Source: Albugo candida
Lineage: Eukaryota
Direction: 5' to 3'
DNA length: 64,000 nucleotides
Assembly: GCA_040437565.1 (NCBI GenBank)
Contig: JBDOQK010000003.1
Location: forward strand, 558,001 to 622,000
Below the pieces are notes generated by a model. It was not told where the DNA came from. It did not search any database and worked only from the letters and a program-made list of their open reading frames with translations. The translations under genes and the position numbers were made by a program. Of this stretch, positions 1-11,154 are shown piece after piece (position 1 is the first letter of the stretch; each line of letters starts with the position of its first letter).

Positions 1-968
1 TTTCTTCCCATATTATCTACGAGACCAGAGAGGACTCAAAAGCGTCACAGCAGATATCTAAAAGCTAGAAAAGTTACATGAAGAGCGGAAACGACGCGAT
101 GTTGATTGGAGTCGCTAAATAGTTGGTCAGCAATGCGGCGACTGAGTTGAGGCGAAATATGAATGTAGCAATCATCGTAGGGACGGATGTGATTCCGGGA
201 AGTGGAAACACTCCTACGAATAATACAACGAACGCTATCCGCCATATTAAAGCGTGCTTCATTTTAATACTGACCGCCGAATGCGCCAAATGCCAGAGGT
301 AAAGCAATGCTTAGAGGCGAAGCTGAGAGCGCTGGAACCCAGCCTCAAGTCAATTGCAGACCAAGCGTGCAGTTCCTCCAGATTTGAGAACTTTTATAAG
401 GGGTTTCGTCACACTCTCCTGCAAAAATGAGCGCATACGTTCAAATAATTAGCAATGAAACTTTAATTGAAAACACCGCTATATATCGATGTTGGGAACT
501 CAGCTACTGGTAATAACAAAATTAAGTTTACATCTGGAGAAGTCGTTTCTCCTCCTCTTCGTGACGCAAGGCTTCTTCTTCCAGTGTTTCTCCAGCCAAC
601 TGATATCGTTTATCTATTTTGTCATTTGGTTGCGATTGGGCATACGCAACTCCTAAAAATTGCGGATCATCTTTTGCTTTCTTGGCGTATTTCAAAATCG
701 CTTCGCGTGGATCCTCTTCTCGGAAGGAGCGTTTGATGTGACTTTGCATGAAGTATTGCGTGAATGTAGTTGACCCACTTATTTTACCTCCCACACCTGG
801 ACCAGTGATTGGCTTCTCTGGCGCTTTCGACTTGACCGGATCCTTTCGTGTGCGATGAAGTTGACGGCTCACTGAAATCTCATCGCGATACATTGGCAAT
901 GCATGAGGATTGTGAATTTTCCCGACACCATCGATGCGAGCCCCAAATTCTGCAGATTTGGTTTTCAA
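1..968. repeat. Direct duplicate of 2879..3846 (3' end of WDR70 and part of the DUF2062-like locus); probable unmerged contig overlap
   Basis: Identical by eye at an offset of 2878 and ends exactly at the 100-N gap 969..1068. The ORF track repeats the same ORFs. Confidence 0.9.
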
Positions 969-1068
969 NNNNNNNNNNNNNNNNNNNNNNNNNNNNNNNN
1001 NNNNNNNNNNNNNNNNNNNNNNNNNNNNNNNNNNNNNNNNNNNNNNNNNNNNNNNNNNNNNNNNNNNN

Positions 1069-2263
1069 GCGTCTCTGAATGCCTTTTTATATCACCATTT
1101 GGAAACGAGTCAATAGCGCTAACACCCCACGGAGAGAACGTGTAAGGCTGATGGGCGAATTCCCAGGAAAGCCAGAATCCTTCTTTATCGCCCCACGAAA
1201 ACTTGTATAAAAATCGCTTTTCAGTCATCATGTACCACAAAACATCTAAGGCTTTTCCCACTCGACTTTTATCGACAGCAACAATGGATGAATCTTGCTC
1301 GTGACAACTACTCTCATTAAATGAGAGGGATTGCTTCAGGTGGGCAGAAGGATTGGGGCCGGACAAATTGAATCGCGCGTATGGAAACTTCTGCACCCAC
1401 GCTTTGAGATATTGAATTGGTGGCTCTTTCGAGGTGCGCGATAGCTTTACCTTACGATTGAAGTTGACTCGCTTCCTTACGACCCGGTCATAGAAAAACA
1501 TGGTGCCAGTCCTATTATACCCTGGTGACGATCGAATGATGCTCGGATCGCGCATGGCCAGAACATCGGCGTCCAATAATAAAACTTCGGTGATGTTAGT
1601 GTGATACAAAGCCAAAGGCTTGATCCAGTAACTTCGGAATGTCTTGGCAAGTTTCTCCTCCATTTTTCCACTTCGAATCATTTCTGTGCACACATCAATG
1701 AGTTGTATTCGGTCATCGAGATGTCGAAACAAGTCACGAGTGTGATTAGATATCTCATCGGGAAAACAAAAAAATACTTGCACTAGTTCCATATTTCCAA
1801 GACATCGCAGCTCTCGAATCAACGATATCCCCATCGGTACTATTTCTTCATGCAAACAAAGGATGATGCCTCTTGCGTACGAAATCTCGGCCCCGGTGGT
1901 AGATTCTTCGGGAGTGGAAGCGAGAGACGGGGAGGTAAGAGAAGATGATGCTGAGATGTCAGTAGTCGATTTGTGATGCCCTATGGAATCAGCGTCCATA
2001 GCCTTGCTGCTAGCTGCGGATTGATTGTAATGTGCGTCATCACGTAAATGATGCTGTATTGTAGAGGATTGCTCATTTTTGTCAGCGTGAGGCAAAGTTG
2101 AAGTAAACGCCGATGTTAGACGTGCTGAAAGTATTGGCTTGCCATTTCTAGATGACCAAAGAAGTACCACGCTACAGATAGACCAGGTCATCAGCAGTGT
2201 CAGAATCAGTATAATAATGCCACCCGACAGACTCCGTCGGTCATTGCCTCGCCTTCCGGACAT
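1069..2263 (-). CDS. Glycosyltransferase family 71 (MNN1/MNN2-like alpha-mannosyltransferase), type II membrane protein; 3' end lost in the gap
   Basis: N-terminal TM anchor GIIILILTLLMTWSICSVVLLW. Motifs SLIRELRCLGN, YWIKPLAL, DxD motif LLLDADV, TGTMFFYDR, HEQDSSIVAVDK and FSWGDKEGFWL. First ATG at 2263. Confidence 0.85.
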
Positions 2264-2467
2264 GTTCAGCGCACAAATATTATTCTTCAAACAAAGGTAT
2301 CGGTCAGCTCAGAGAAAAATGATTTCTCTCGTCGCTTCGAATGTTCGGTAATACTACGCTTCTTATCAGCCGCGAAGAAAACTCTTTACTCGTCGCCAGA
2401 TCCACCACACTCTTACATCAGGATACGAACGATCGTTAAAGATAGAAAGAGCTATATTTGATCTATT

Positions 2468-3314
2468 TTACTCTGTACCAGCACCATAACGCCAAGTGTG
2501 TATCTTGTTGGATGGAATAAGGCGATGGACGACTGGTGTGAGCACTACATACAAGATGAGGGGGATCACGGGCGCACGCCACAATTAAATCGCAGTCAGA
2601 AGCGTAAAGCGAAATTGTAGAAGGGTCGATAACGATTCAGCTTGCAAACCCTTGTACACATAAAGTCCATTGGATCTCGTCAGCCGAGTCACTCTTTCGT
2701 TGCGAATGAAAAGTACTTACACGTTTCCGAAATTGGGAGGCGGATTTGCATGAAACTTGGCAGAGCGAGAAAATCGATTTATTGGGAAGCACTGCACTCG
2801 TATGCCAAATGACATCCGAAAGATAAATTCTTCCAGTTGGCTTCATGAACATCTGCTGACTCATCGCTGCAAAGTACATTTCTTCCCATATTATCTACGA
2901 GACCAGAGAGGACTCAAAAGCGTCACAGCAGATATCTAAAAGCTAGAAAAGTTACATGAAGAGCGGAAACGACGCGATGTTGATTGGAGTCGCTAAATAG
3001 TTGGTCAGCAATGCGGCGACTGAGTTGAGGCGAAATATGAATGTAGCAATCATCGTAGGGACGGATGTGATTCCGGGAAGTGGAAACACTCCTACGAATA
3101 ATACAACGAACGCTATCCGCCATATTAAAGCGTGCTTCATTTTAATACTGACCGCCGAATGCGCCAAATGCCAGAGGTAAAGCAATGCTTAGAGGCGAAG
3201 CTGAGAGCGCTGGAACCCAGCCTCAAGTCAATTGCAGACCAAGCGTGCAGTTCCTCCAGATTTGAGAACTTTTATAAGGGGTTTCGTCACACTCTCCTGC
3301 AAAAATGAGCGCAT
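2468..3314 (-). pseudogene. Probable pseudogene of a DUF2062-like membrane protein
   Basis: Reconstructed pieces: MRSFLQESVTKPLIKVLKSG / ASPLSIALPLAFGAFG / GVFPLPGITSVPTMIATFIFRLNSVAALLTNYLATPINIASFPLF / LLTAI*LWRAPVIPLILYVVLTPVVHRLIP. In-frame TAA at 2891-2893 and 2585-2587, an apparent frameshift, and GA instead of GT at the first expected donor. Confidence 0.55.
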
Positions 3315-3405
3315 ACGTTCAAATAATTAGCAATGAAACTTTAATTGAAAACACCGCTATATATCGATGTTGGGAACTCAGCTACTGGTAATAACAAAAT
3401 TAAGT

Positions 3406-5760
3406 TTACATCTGGAGAAGTCGTTTCTCCTCCTCTTCGTGACGCAAGGCTTCTTCTTCCAGTGTTTCTCCAGCCAACTGATATCGTTTATCTATTTTGT
3501 CATTTGGTTGCGATTGGGCATACGCAACTCCTAAAAATTGCGGATCATCTTTTGCTTTCTTGGCGTATTTCAAAATCGCTTCGCGTGGATCCTCTTCTCG
3601 GAAGGAGCGTTTGATGTGACTTTGCATGAAGTATTGCGTGAATGTAGTTGACCCACTTATTTTACCTCCCACACCTGGACCAGTGATTGGCTTCTCTGGC
3701 GCTTTCGACTTGACCGGATCCTTTCGTGTGCGATGAAGTTGACGGCTCACTGAAATCTCATCGCGATACATTGGCAATGCATGAGGATTGTGAATTTTCC
3801 CGACACCATCGATGCGAGCCCCAAATTCTGCAGATTTGGTTTTCAATCTCTTTGTAGTTGAGACTAGGACTCCTTTTGTGCTCAAAGCTGGATCGTAGCA
3901 AACCCTGCAATTGTTCTCAGATGTACCCACTAATAGCTGGTTAATCGAATGATGCCATTCTACACAGATGGCGCTCTCATCCACATTCATCTCGATTCCT
4001 GCGATAGGATCCGACACACCCGGTGAGTGCACATCATAAAAGCGGACTTGCCCGTGCGATCCTTTTCCTCTTGGTACGCTTACACCTGCTGCTAGGCAGC
4101 TTCCAGTTGCATTGAAAGCAACGTTTGCTGTTCCGAATGCGCCATCGACGTTTGTGTAAATCTTGAGCGGACTCGATGTTTTTCTCATGTCCCATATTTT
4201 GATAGTTTGATCAACGCATGATCTAGATGCAAATAATTTGTTATCTGGAGCGATTCGAATACAAGAGATCCCGAGGTCGGAGGAGCCTGGGGCATGAGCG
4301 TCTTTTATGAGAATTGAAGAGCCAGCATATGCTCGGCGAGGATCAATCCATTGTATTTGTCCATCAGCGGTGGCACCAGCAATCATAGATCCATCCACAT
4401 TGTATGTGCATGTTGTTACGCCACATCTTCTTCCACTCTTTCCTTTCATTTTTAAAACCTTGTTGTTGATCAGCTTTTCAAATGCTCGTTTTCCATCGAG
4501 TTTCCAAATTCGCACAGTTCCATCCAACGAGCTAGTGATCATTTCATCCCTAGCTTTTGGATGCCACTGCCCACGGGTTGTAGCATGAGTGTGTCCCTTT
4601 GTATGCGCCATATCCACGACATACATGTCTCCCTTGACAAATTGTAATTCTTCTACTCCTTCTCGAGTTAAGACTTTTGGCTGGGAAGATCCCAGCACCG
4701 CAAGCAAACGATCCCCTGAAGGACTATAGCTAAGTGCCATAATGGGGTGACCATCATCGACCTCGATTTCTCTAAATGGACGAACATGTCTTGCCATTCC
4801 AGCAAAATCCCATAATTTGACATGGTAGTCCATCGAACCAGTAGCAACTCGAACACCAGGAGGATCAATGGCCACGCATGAAATTAATTTGGAATGGTGG
4901 CCTCCCAAAATTACTTGATTCGTGATCGGAAGTTTGTACCGAACATTCACATTATCCTGTGCATCTTCGCTTTCGTTGTCTGAGGTTCGGTCATCCTCTA
5001 CAGTATCAGTTTTCTTAGCATCTTTTTCCCCTTGCTCGTCTTGTAACGAAAGTCCATAACTCTTTGCGGCTGGACTTTGCATCATCGCTGCAGTCAAAGT
5101 TGCAATCTCTCTATCTCGCTACGACAAGTTGAGAATGTGATGATTGCTTAATTATTGAGTACTATCCATGATAACGGTACAAATACCTGTTGTCGTACTT
5201 CTTTCATTTCTGGATTGCTCTTAGTCTTAGCCATATCAATAGCTTCGTTGGTCGCGCTGCCTGGATTCGTATTTCGAACGTAATACGAACGCGAGCTGGC
5301 AGCAAACTTGATAACATCGCCATCTAAAATGGTATACGCTAAGTAAATTTTAAAGTATCCCAAAAGCATTCCAACGTACTTGACAAAGTCATCGGCTGAT
5401 GGGGCTCTAATCGTTCGTCATTCAGAAAAGTGCCCTGAGCAGATCCCAAATCCATCAGCTTGAGCTTCTTGTCTTCGTGGTGATGCGCAATAACGGCGTG
5501 TGTTCTTGATACTGACGGGTGCAATAAGCTTATAGCACATACTACATCATTTCTGCCAATGCAATAGTACTTGCAAAGTCCGAGCTCAATTGTTCCAACA
5601 ATTTGATCATCTTTCATTACCTCTAAAAATGCATTGCAGTTGAATTCAGATGGCTCACCTGACCTACAATAATTAAACCAATTGAGTCCATCACGTTATC
5701 CATAATTGCAAGATGGCTTAGTTACCACGTAGGAGGCATCTGCTGCGCTGCAATCGCCAT
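3406..5760 (-). CDS. WDR70: FHA domain fused to WD40-repeat WDR70 (GAD-1-like) protein; exons 5726..5760, 5380..5663, 5187..5323, 3406..5118 (722 aa)
   Basis: FHA motifs IGRN, HPSVSRTHA, DLGSAQGTFLN, GDVIKFAASSRSY. WD repeats and WDR70-type segments KGDMYVVDMAHTKGH, NPHALPMYR, KPITGPGVGGKI, DPREAILKYA. Three GT-AG introns (62, 56, 68 nt) keep the frame. Confidence 0.85.
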
Positions 5761-5919
5761 CGGGATGCAAGTACTGTACCTTACCACTATAGTAGATCGT
5801 ACCTATCTAATGTCACAATACTTATGATTTAAGCAGGTCTTAGAGTCGGTGCTTTTCTTCATTAAAAATACCTTACACGAAATTCTCTGTCAGAAAACGA
5901 TACGCCAAGTCATCAAAGG

Positions 5920-8900
5920 ATGAAAGATTCCGCGAGCGGTGAGATACATTCCGATTTCCCCCTTCCCAGGGATGCTTCAACGCAAAATCAAAGTCGCGAA
6001 CAGGATGAAGAAGCGGAATGTCGTGTCTGTCGAGGCGAAGCGGTACGTAATTTCTCACAGGTCTAAATAAAGCTGATCATGACTAACTATTCTCTCTAAA
6101 TTATAGGAGCCGGAAAGACGTCTTTTTTCTCCATGTAAATGTAGTGGTAGCATTCGATATGCGCATTCAGACTGTCTGGAGCAGTGGCTTGGTCATTCAG
6201 GCAAAAAAGTTTGTGAATTATGTCGCTACGAATTCAAATTCCGGCCCATTTATGATCCGAATACGCCAGAAGTGTTACCATGGACACAAATGCTTGGGTC
6301 CTTGCTCAAAGTTATATGTTTGGAGTGGATACCTTTATTGGTCAGAGGGCTCTTGGTTCTGGTTTTGTGGACTGCGGTAGCACCCTGGTGCACGAGCTGG
6401 TTATACCGAATGTGGCTGCTTCGTGCGTCAGCGATGGCAAATGTCAACTTCTCGGAACGCCTACATTTGACAGAAATAATGGATGATATATATTCTGGCA
6501 TATTTCTTGTTATATGCATAATTTTTTCATTTTTATCGCTGATTTCGTTCGCAGAATTTTGGAGATCCCATTTGGATCAAGAGAACGAAATAGTCGATGA
6601 ACGAGTGCAATTCCCAGTTTGGCCTGCAAATGCTGCAGCAAATCGGGAAGAATTGGAGCAAGTGGAAGGCGTGCAAGACATGCAAGCTCAAAATTGGAGA
6701 GAAAACGGATTACGGAATGAGGCTATGGTTGATGATGATGGACCAGAAGCTGAAGATGAGAATAGGCGGGAACAGGAGCAAGAGCTACGGCATCGAGGGC
6801 CAGAAAGACGTAACGTGCAAGCCAATATTTTCGCTGATGGACCAGAAGCAGTTGCGCTAGCACCAATTCCTGTTCCCCGCAACGATGCATGGGGTGCAAA
6901 CAATAACAACAATATTCCGCCGAATAACAGGGCGTGGGAAGAAGATATGGACCATTTGGAAATAAATATTGCTCTGGATGAACTGCTTGGTTTCCGTGGA
7001 GATTTCTTGGTGCTTTTTCGTAACGTCTCGTGGTTTCTTGCATTCAACGGAGCTCATTTGGGTTTGTTTGCATTCATCCCTTACACTTTAGGAAGCTCCA
7101 TCTTGTCTGCTCTCGGGAAACTTGTCACGTCGGTCCCTTTTTGGTCGGAATTGATGCCGATGGTACAATATCCGACGACAAGTGAAGAAAGTATTGCTGT
7201 GGACCATACCTCAATATTGTCGTTGATAATCACTTCCTTGCTCAAGCATATCAGTCTTGCTCAAAGGAATGGCGACTGTATACAACTTGTGGATTTGTGT
7301 ACATGTGCAATGGGATACGTCTCAATATGCTTTACTATTCTTCTGTGGCGATTTATGATTAAGACTGTCTCTTCATATACAAGGAGACCGCTCATGGGTG
7401 GATTGATTTGGATTTTACGCTGCTTGGGTGCCCTGGTCAAAGTCTCGAGTCTTTTATTCATGAAGATGATTATACTACCAATTATACTTGGTCTAGGGAT
7501 CGATTTTGCTACACTGAGTCTTGTAAAGGCGTCCTTTTCAGGTCGATTGTTGTATTGCTTGGACAGCATGATGGAGGCGATCATGGTTCACTGGGTGCTT
7601 GGTATCACATTCATGCTCTTCGTCACGGTTTCGGTGCTCCAATTACGGGAAGTTTTGCATCCTGACATACTGGGTAAAGGGATTCGACCACAAGAAGCTC
7701 ATACTGAATTGTTACGCTCCCTATTAAGCGAAAGCTACTCAAGACATGCACGTCGACTGTTTCTATCTATAGTGGTATATGCGATTCTTCTGATCGTCGT
7801 GATTCACACTCCAGTTCGTATTGCAAGCTGGTTACAACCAGCTTGGTTCCCCATCACTCTCCATTTTCAGCATATTAATCGCCAGCTCCAAGTACCTTTA
7901 GAGCTTCTCGTGATTCATCTGGTTGCACTGGGAATTTTAGAGCACACGAAAAACGAAGTGGGGCGATGGCAACACGTAGTAATCAAGCTGACTTCGAAAG
8001 CTCTGGGTCTCACGGCGTATTTACTCCCACGAATAAAGGCCAACGAAGTCGACGAAGCGCAGTTTCCGCAAGTAAAGAAACAAAGCGAGTTTGTCCTTGG
8101 TCCACCTCCACTGCACTTCAATCCTCAAGCAGCTGCGCCACCTGAGCGGCTCCGTATCAAAGGAAGAAGGTATTTTCCATGGCCAGAGGATGATGTAGAG
8201 GTAACAACACCTCTAGAGTATACATTACTACCAAGGGTGGAAGCATCCGCCGCAATTTACGTTCGATTGGCAGTGCTCGTCACAATCTGTACCGCAGTAT
8301 GTATCACAATAGTTGGAGTGAGCATTTTTGGATCCCTACTTCTTGGTAGATACGCAATCTCACCCATCGAGAAACTATTTGATATTTCTCATGATACATT
8401 AGCATTGGGCGTGGGAGTTCTTATCGTGTGGTTTATCGTCCACTGCGTTAATGCTNNNNNNNNNNNNNNNNNNNNNNNNNNNNNNNNNNNNNNNNNNNNN
8501 NNNNNNNNNNNNNNNNNNNNNNNNNNNNNNNNNNNNNNNNNNNNNNNNNNNNNNNAGCATTAACGCAGTGGACGATAAACCACACGATAAGAACTCCCAC
8601 GCCCAATGCTAATGTATCATGAGAAATATCAAATAGTTTCTCGATGGGTGAGATTGCGTATCTACCAAGAAGTAGGGATCCAAAAATGCTCACTCCAACT
8701 ATTGTGATACATACTGCGGTACAGATTGTGACGAGCACTGCCAATCGAACGTAAATTGCGGCGGATGCTTCCACCCTTGGTAGTAATGTATACTCTAGAG
8801 GTGTTGTTACCTCTACATCATCCTCTGGCCATGGAAAATACCTTCTTCCTTTGATACGGAGCCGCTCAGGTGGCGCAGCTGCTTGAGGATTGAAGTGCAG

Positions 8901-10634
8901 TGGAGGTGGACCAAGGACAAACTCGCTTTGTTTCTTTACTTGCGGAAACTGCGCTTCGTCGACTTCGTTGGCCTTTATTCGTGGGAGTAAATACGCCGTG
9001 AGACCCAGAGCTTTCGAAGTCAGCTTGATTACTACGTGTTGCCATCGCCCCACTTCGTTTTTCGTGTGCTCTAAAATTCCCAGTGCAACCAGATGAATCA
9101 CGAGAAGCTCTAAAGGTACTTGGAGCTGGCGATTAATATGCTGAAAATGGAGAGTGATGGGGAACCAAGCTGGTTACAACCAGCTTGGTTCCCCATCACT
9201 CTCCATTTTCAGCATATTAATCGCCAGCTCCAAGTACCTTTAGAGCTTCTCGTGATTCATCTGGTTGCACTGGGAATTTTAGAGCACACGAAAAACGAAG
9301 TGGGGCGATGGCAACACGTAGTAATCAAGCTGACTTCGAAAGCTCTGGGTCTCACGGCGTATTTACTCCCACGAATAAAGGCCAACGAAGTCGACGAAGC
9401 GCAGTTTCCGCAAGTAAAGAAACAAAGCGAGTTTGTCCTTGGTCCACCTCCACTGCACTTCAATCCTCAAGCAGCTGCGCCACCTGAGCGGCTCCGTATC
9501 AAAGGAAGAAGGTATTTTCCATGGCCAGAGGATGATGTAGAGGTAACAACACCTCTAGAGTATACATTACTACCAAGGGTGGAAGCATCCGCCGCAATTT
9601 ACGTTCGATTGGCAGTGCTCGTCACAATCTGTACCGCAGTATGTATCACAATAGTTGGAGTGAGCATTTTTGGATCCCTACTTCTTGGTAGATACGCAAT
9701 CTCACCCATCGAGAAACTATTTGATATTTCTCATGATACATTAGCATTGGGCGTGGGAGTTCTTATCGTGTGGTTTATCGTCCACTGCGTTAATGCTATA
9801 TCCGCACTGCTACAGTCCGACGAGCAAATTGGGCCAGTACTGCTACAGCGTGGCTTTTGTGTCAAAAATCTGACTCCAGTCAACGCAGCGACATGTGTGA
9901 TTGGATGGGGCTTCATATGTCCCCTTCTAGTTGGTATTCTTCTCATTTCTTGTGCTCCAGCACTCGATTGTACTTGGATGGAATGTTTCTGGCTGGGCTA
10001 CCTCGTCTTCAATATGACAATTTGGCTTTATTGCTGTTTCCAGTCCGCTCGAGAGCGTCAAGAGCCACGTCTTGAAGGAAACCCCGCTGTGGATGAAGAA
10101 CGTCATCTATTGAATGAAAGCGACGATGAAGCGCAACACAACGATGCAGTGGCAGGTGACCGCCCAATAAACGCTCACGGTGCTGCAATTCTCAATGACG
10201 GACGCGATCCTCTTGACCATGACGTTCTGGAAGCTTTACGGCTGTCATATCAGCAACTCGAATTCACACTTTTATTGCTTGAAAACGACCGCGCGCATGT
10301 ACAGGACGAAAACCTATCGGCACGCTGCCTCGATGTTGGCCACTTTCATGACAAAGTTCTGGTGCCTGTGTTTATGGCATTGGTATTTGAACTCGTGGCT
10401 TCAAAGATAATGGCAACTCTTATCCGAGCTTTTCGTCTTTCCGACTGGTTTGGTCTTACTTTCATCCTTCTTATTGAGAATTACGCATTTGTGGTATCAT
10501 TGCTGACTCTGATATGCATCTCTGCGTTATCGAGTGTACGCGAACAATTTAGTCGATGGCTGACCAGTCTACGGGATCGAATGCGAAATGAGCGATATTT
10601 AGTCGGTCGCCAATTACAAGACAGAGCAAGATAG
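5920..10634 (+). CDS. MARCH6: RING-CH multi-pass E3 ubiquitin ligase, MARCH6/Doa10/SUD1 family; intron 6043..6106; interrupted by the gap and fold-back artefact
   Basis: Spliced N-terminus [36 protein letters not shown]...CELC. TD-domain-like LQLREVLHPDIL. C-terminal MRNERYLVGRQLQD. Many TM helices. The true CDS is obtained by joining 8455 to 9798. Confidence 0.9.
8556..9797. repeat. 1242-bp palindrome (arms 8556..9175 and 9178..9797) inside the MARCH6 gene
   Basis: 8556..9175 is the reverse complement of 9178..9797, which duplicates 7836..8455. The centre is CAAGCTGGTT-AC-AACCAGCTTG. Confidence 0.9.
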
Positions 10635-11154
10635 AAAAAAGAGGAATCAAACGCATACTATATCAGAAGCACACAGGTACGATTTCCATGCTGCTCAAAT
10701 CGAGTCTGATCTGATCAAACAGATCAGAGCTTGATTTGGATTGTGCTAGGAGACATCACTTCGTACAAAACGGCTTGATTAGAGCGCTTTTATAATCTGA
10801 ATATATATAGAGCTGCAGCAACAAAATTTCAATGTGTGGGAAGAATCGCCATCTATCACATAATCAGAGATGAAACCTTGTCTTCTTCGACTGCAGATCT
10901 CGTGGCTGGAATTACTCGACTCTATTCTGTGGCAGCCGCTGGTGCAGCATGCATTACTAGAAAACATCTGAATGAAAAAGAAAAAATCGTTTGGCTTGTC
11001 ATGCAGAATGAAAATGAAGCTCGACAAAATACTCGTATCAGCTTTTCCTTCGTTCCATCTCGTTGAAACTTGACAGATCAATTCGTTGCTTTTCTTTCCA
11101 GTGATAAGTATCTCAATTGCGCCCAAAAAACGGGTACACTGAACTTCTGAAAGT

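Noticed and set aside
2585-2893. Two TAA codons at probable Tyr positions, suggesting stop-codon reassignment
   Set aside because: Neighbouring genes end normally in TAA, and the locus also has a frameshift and a broken donor. Pseudogenisation is the simpler explanation.
8448-9101. Antisense MARCH6 fragment ORF, and the chimeric start MELAINMLKMESDGEP of ORF 9120..10634
   Set aside because: Both are products of the fold-back palindrome, not independent genes.
10779-11126. Overlapping 115-aa and 76-aa ORFs
   Set aside because: Non-ATG starts and no motifs.
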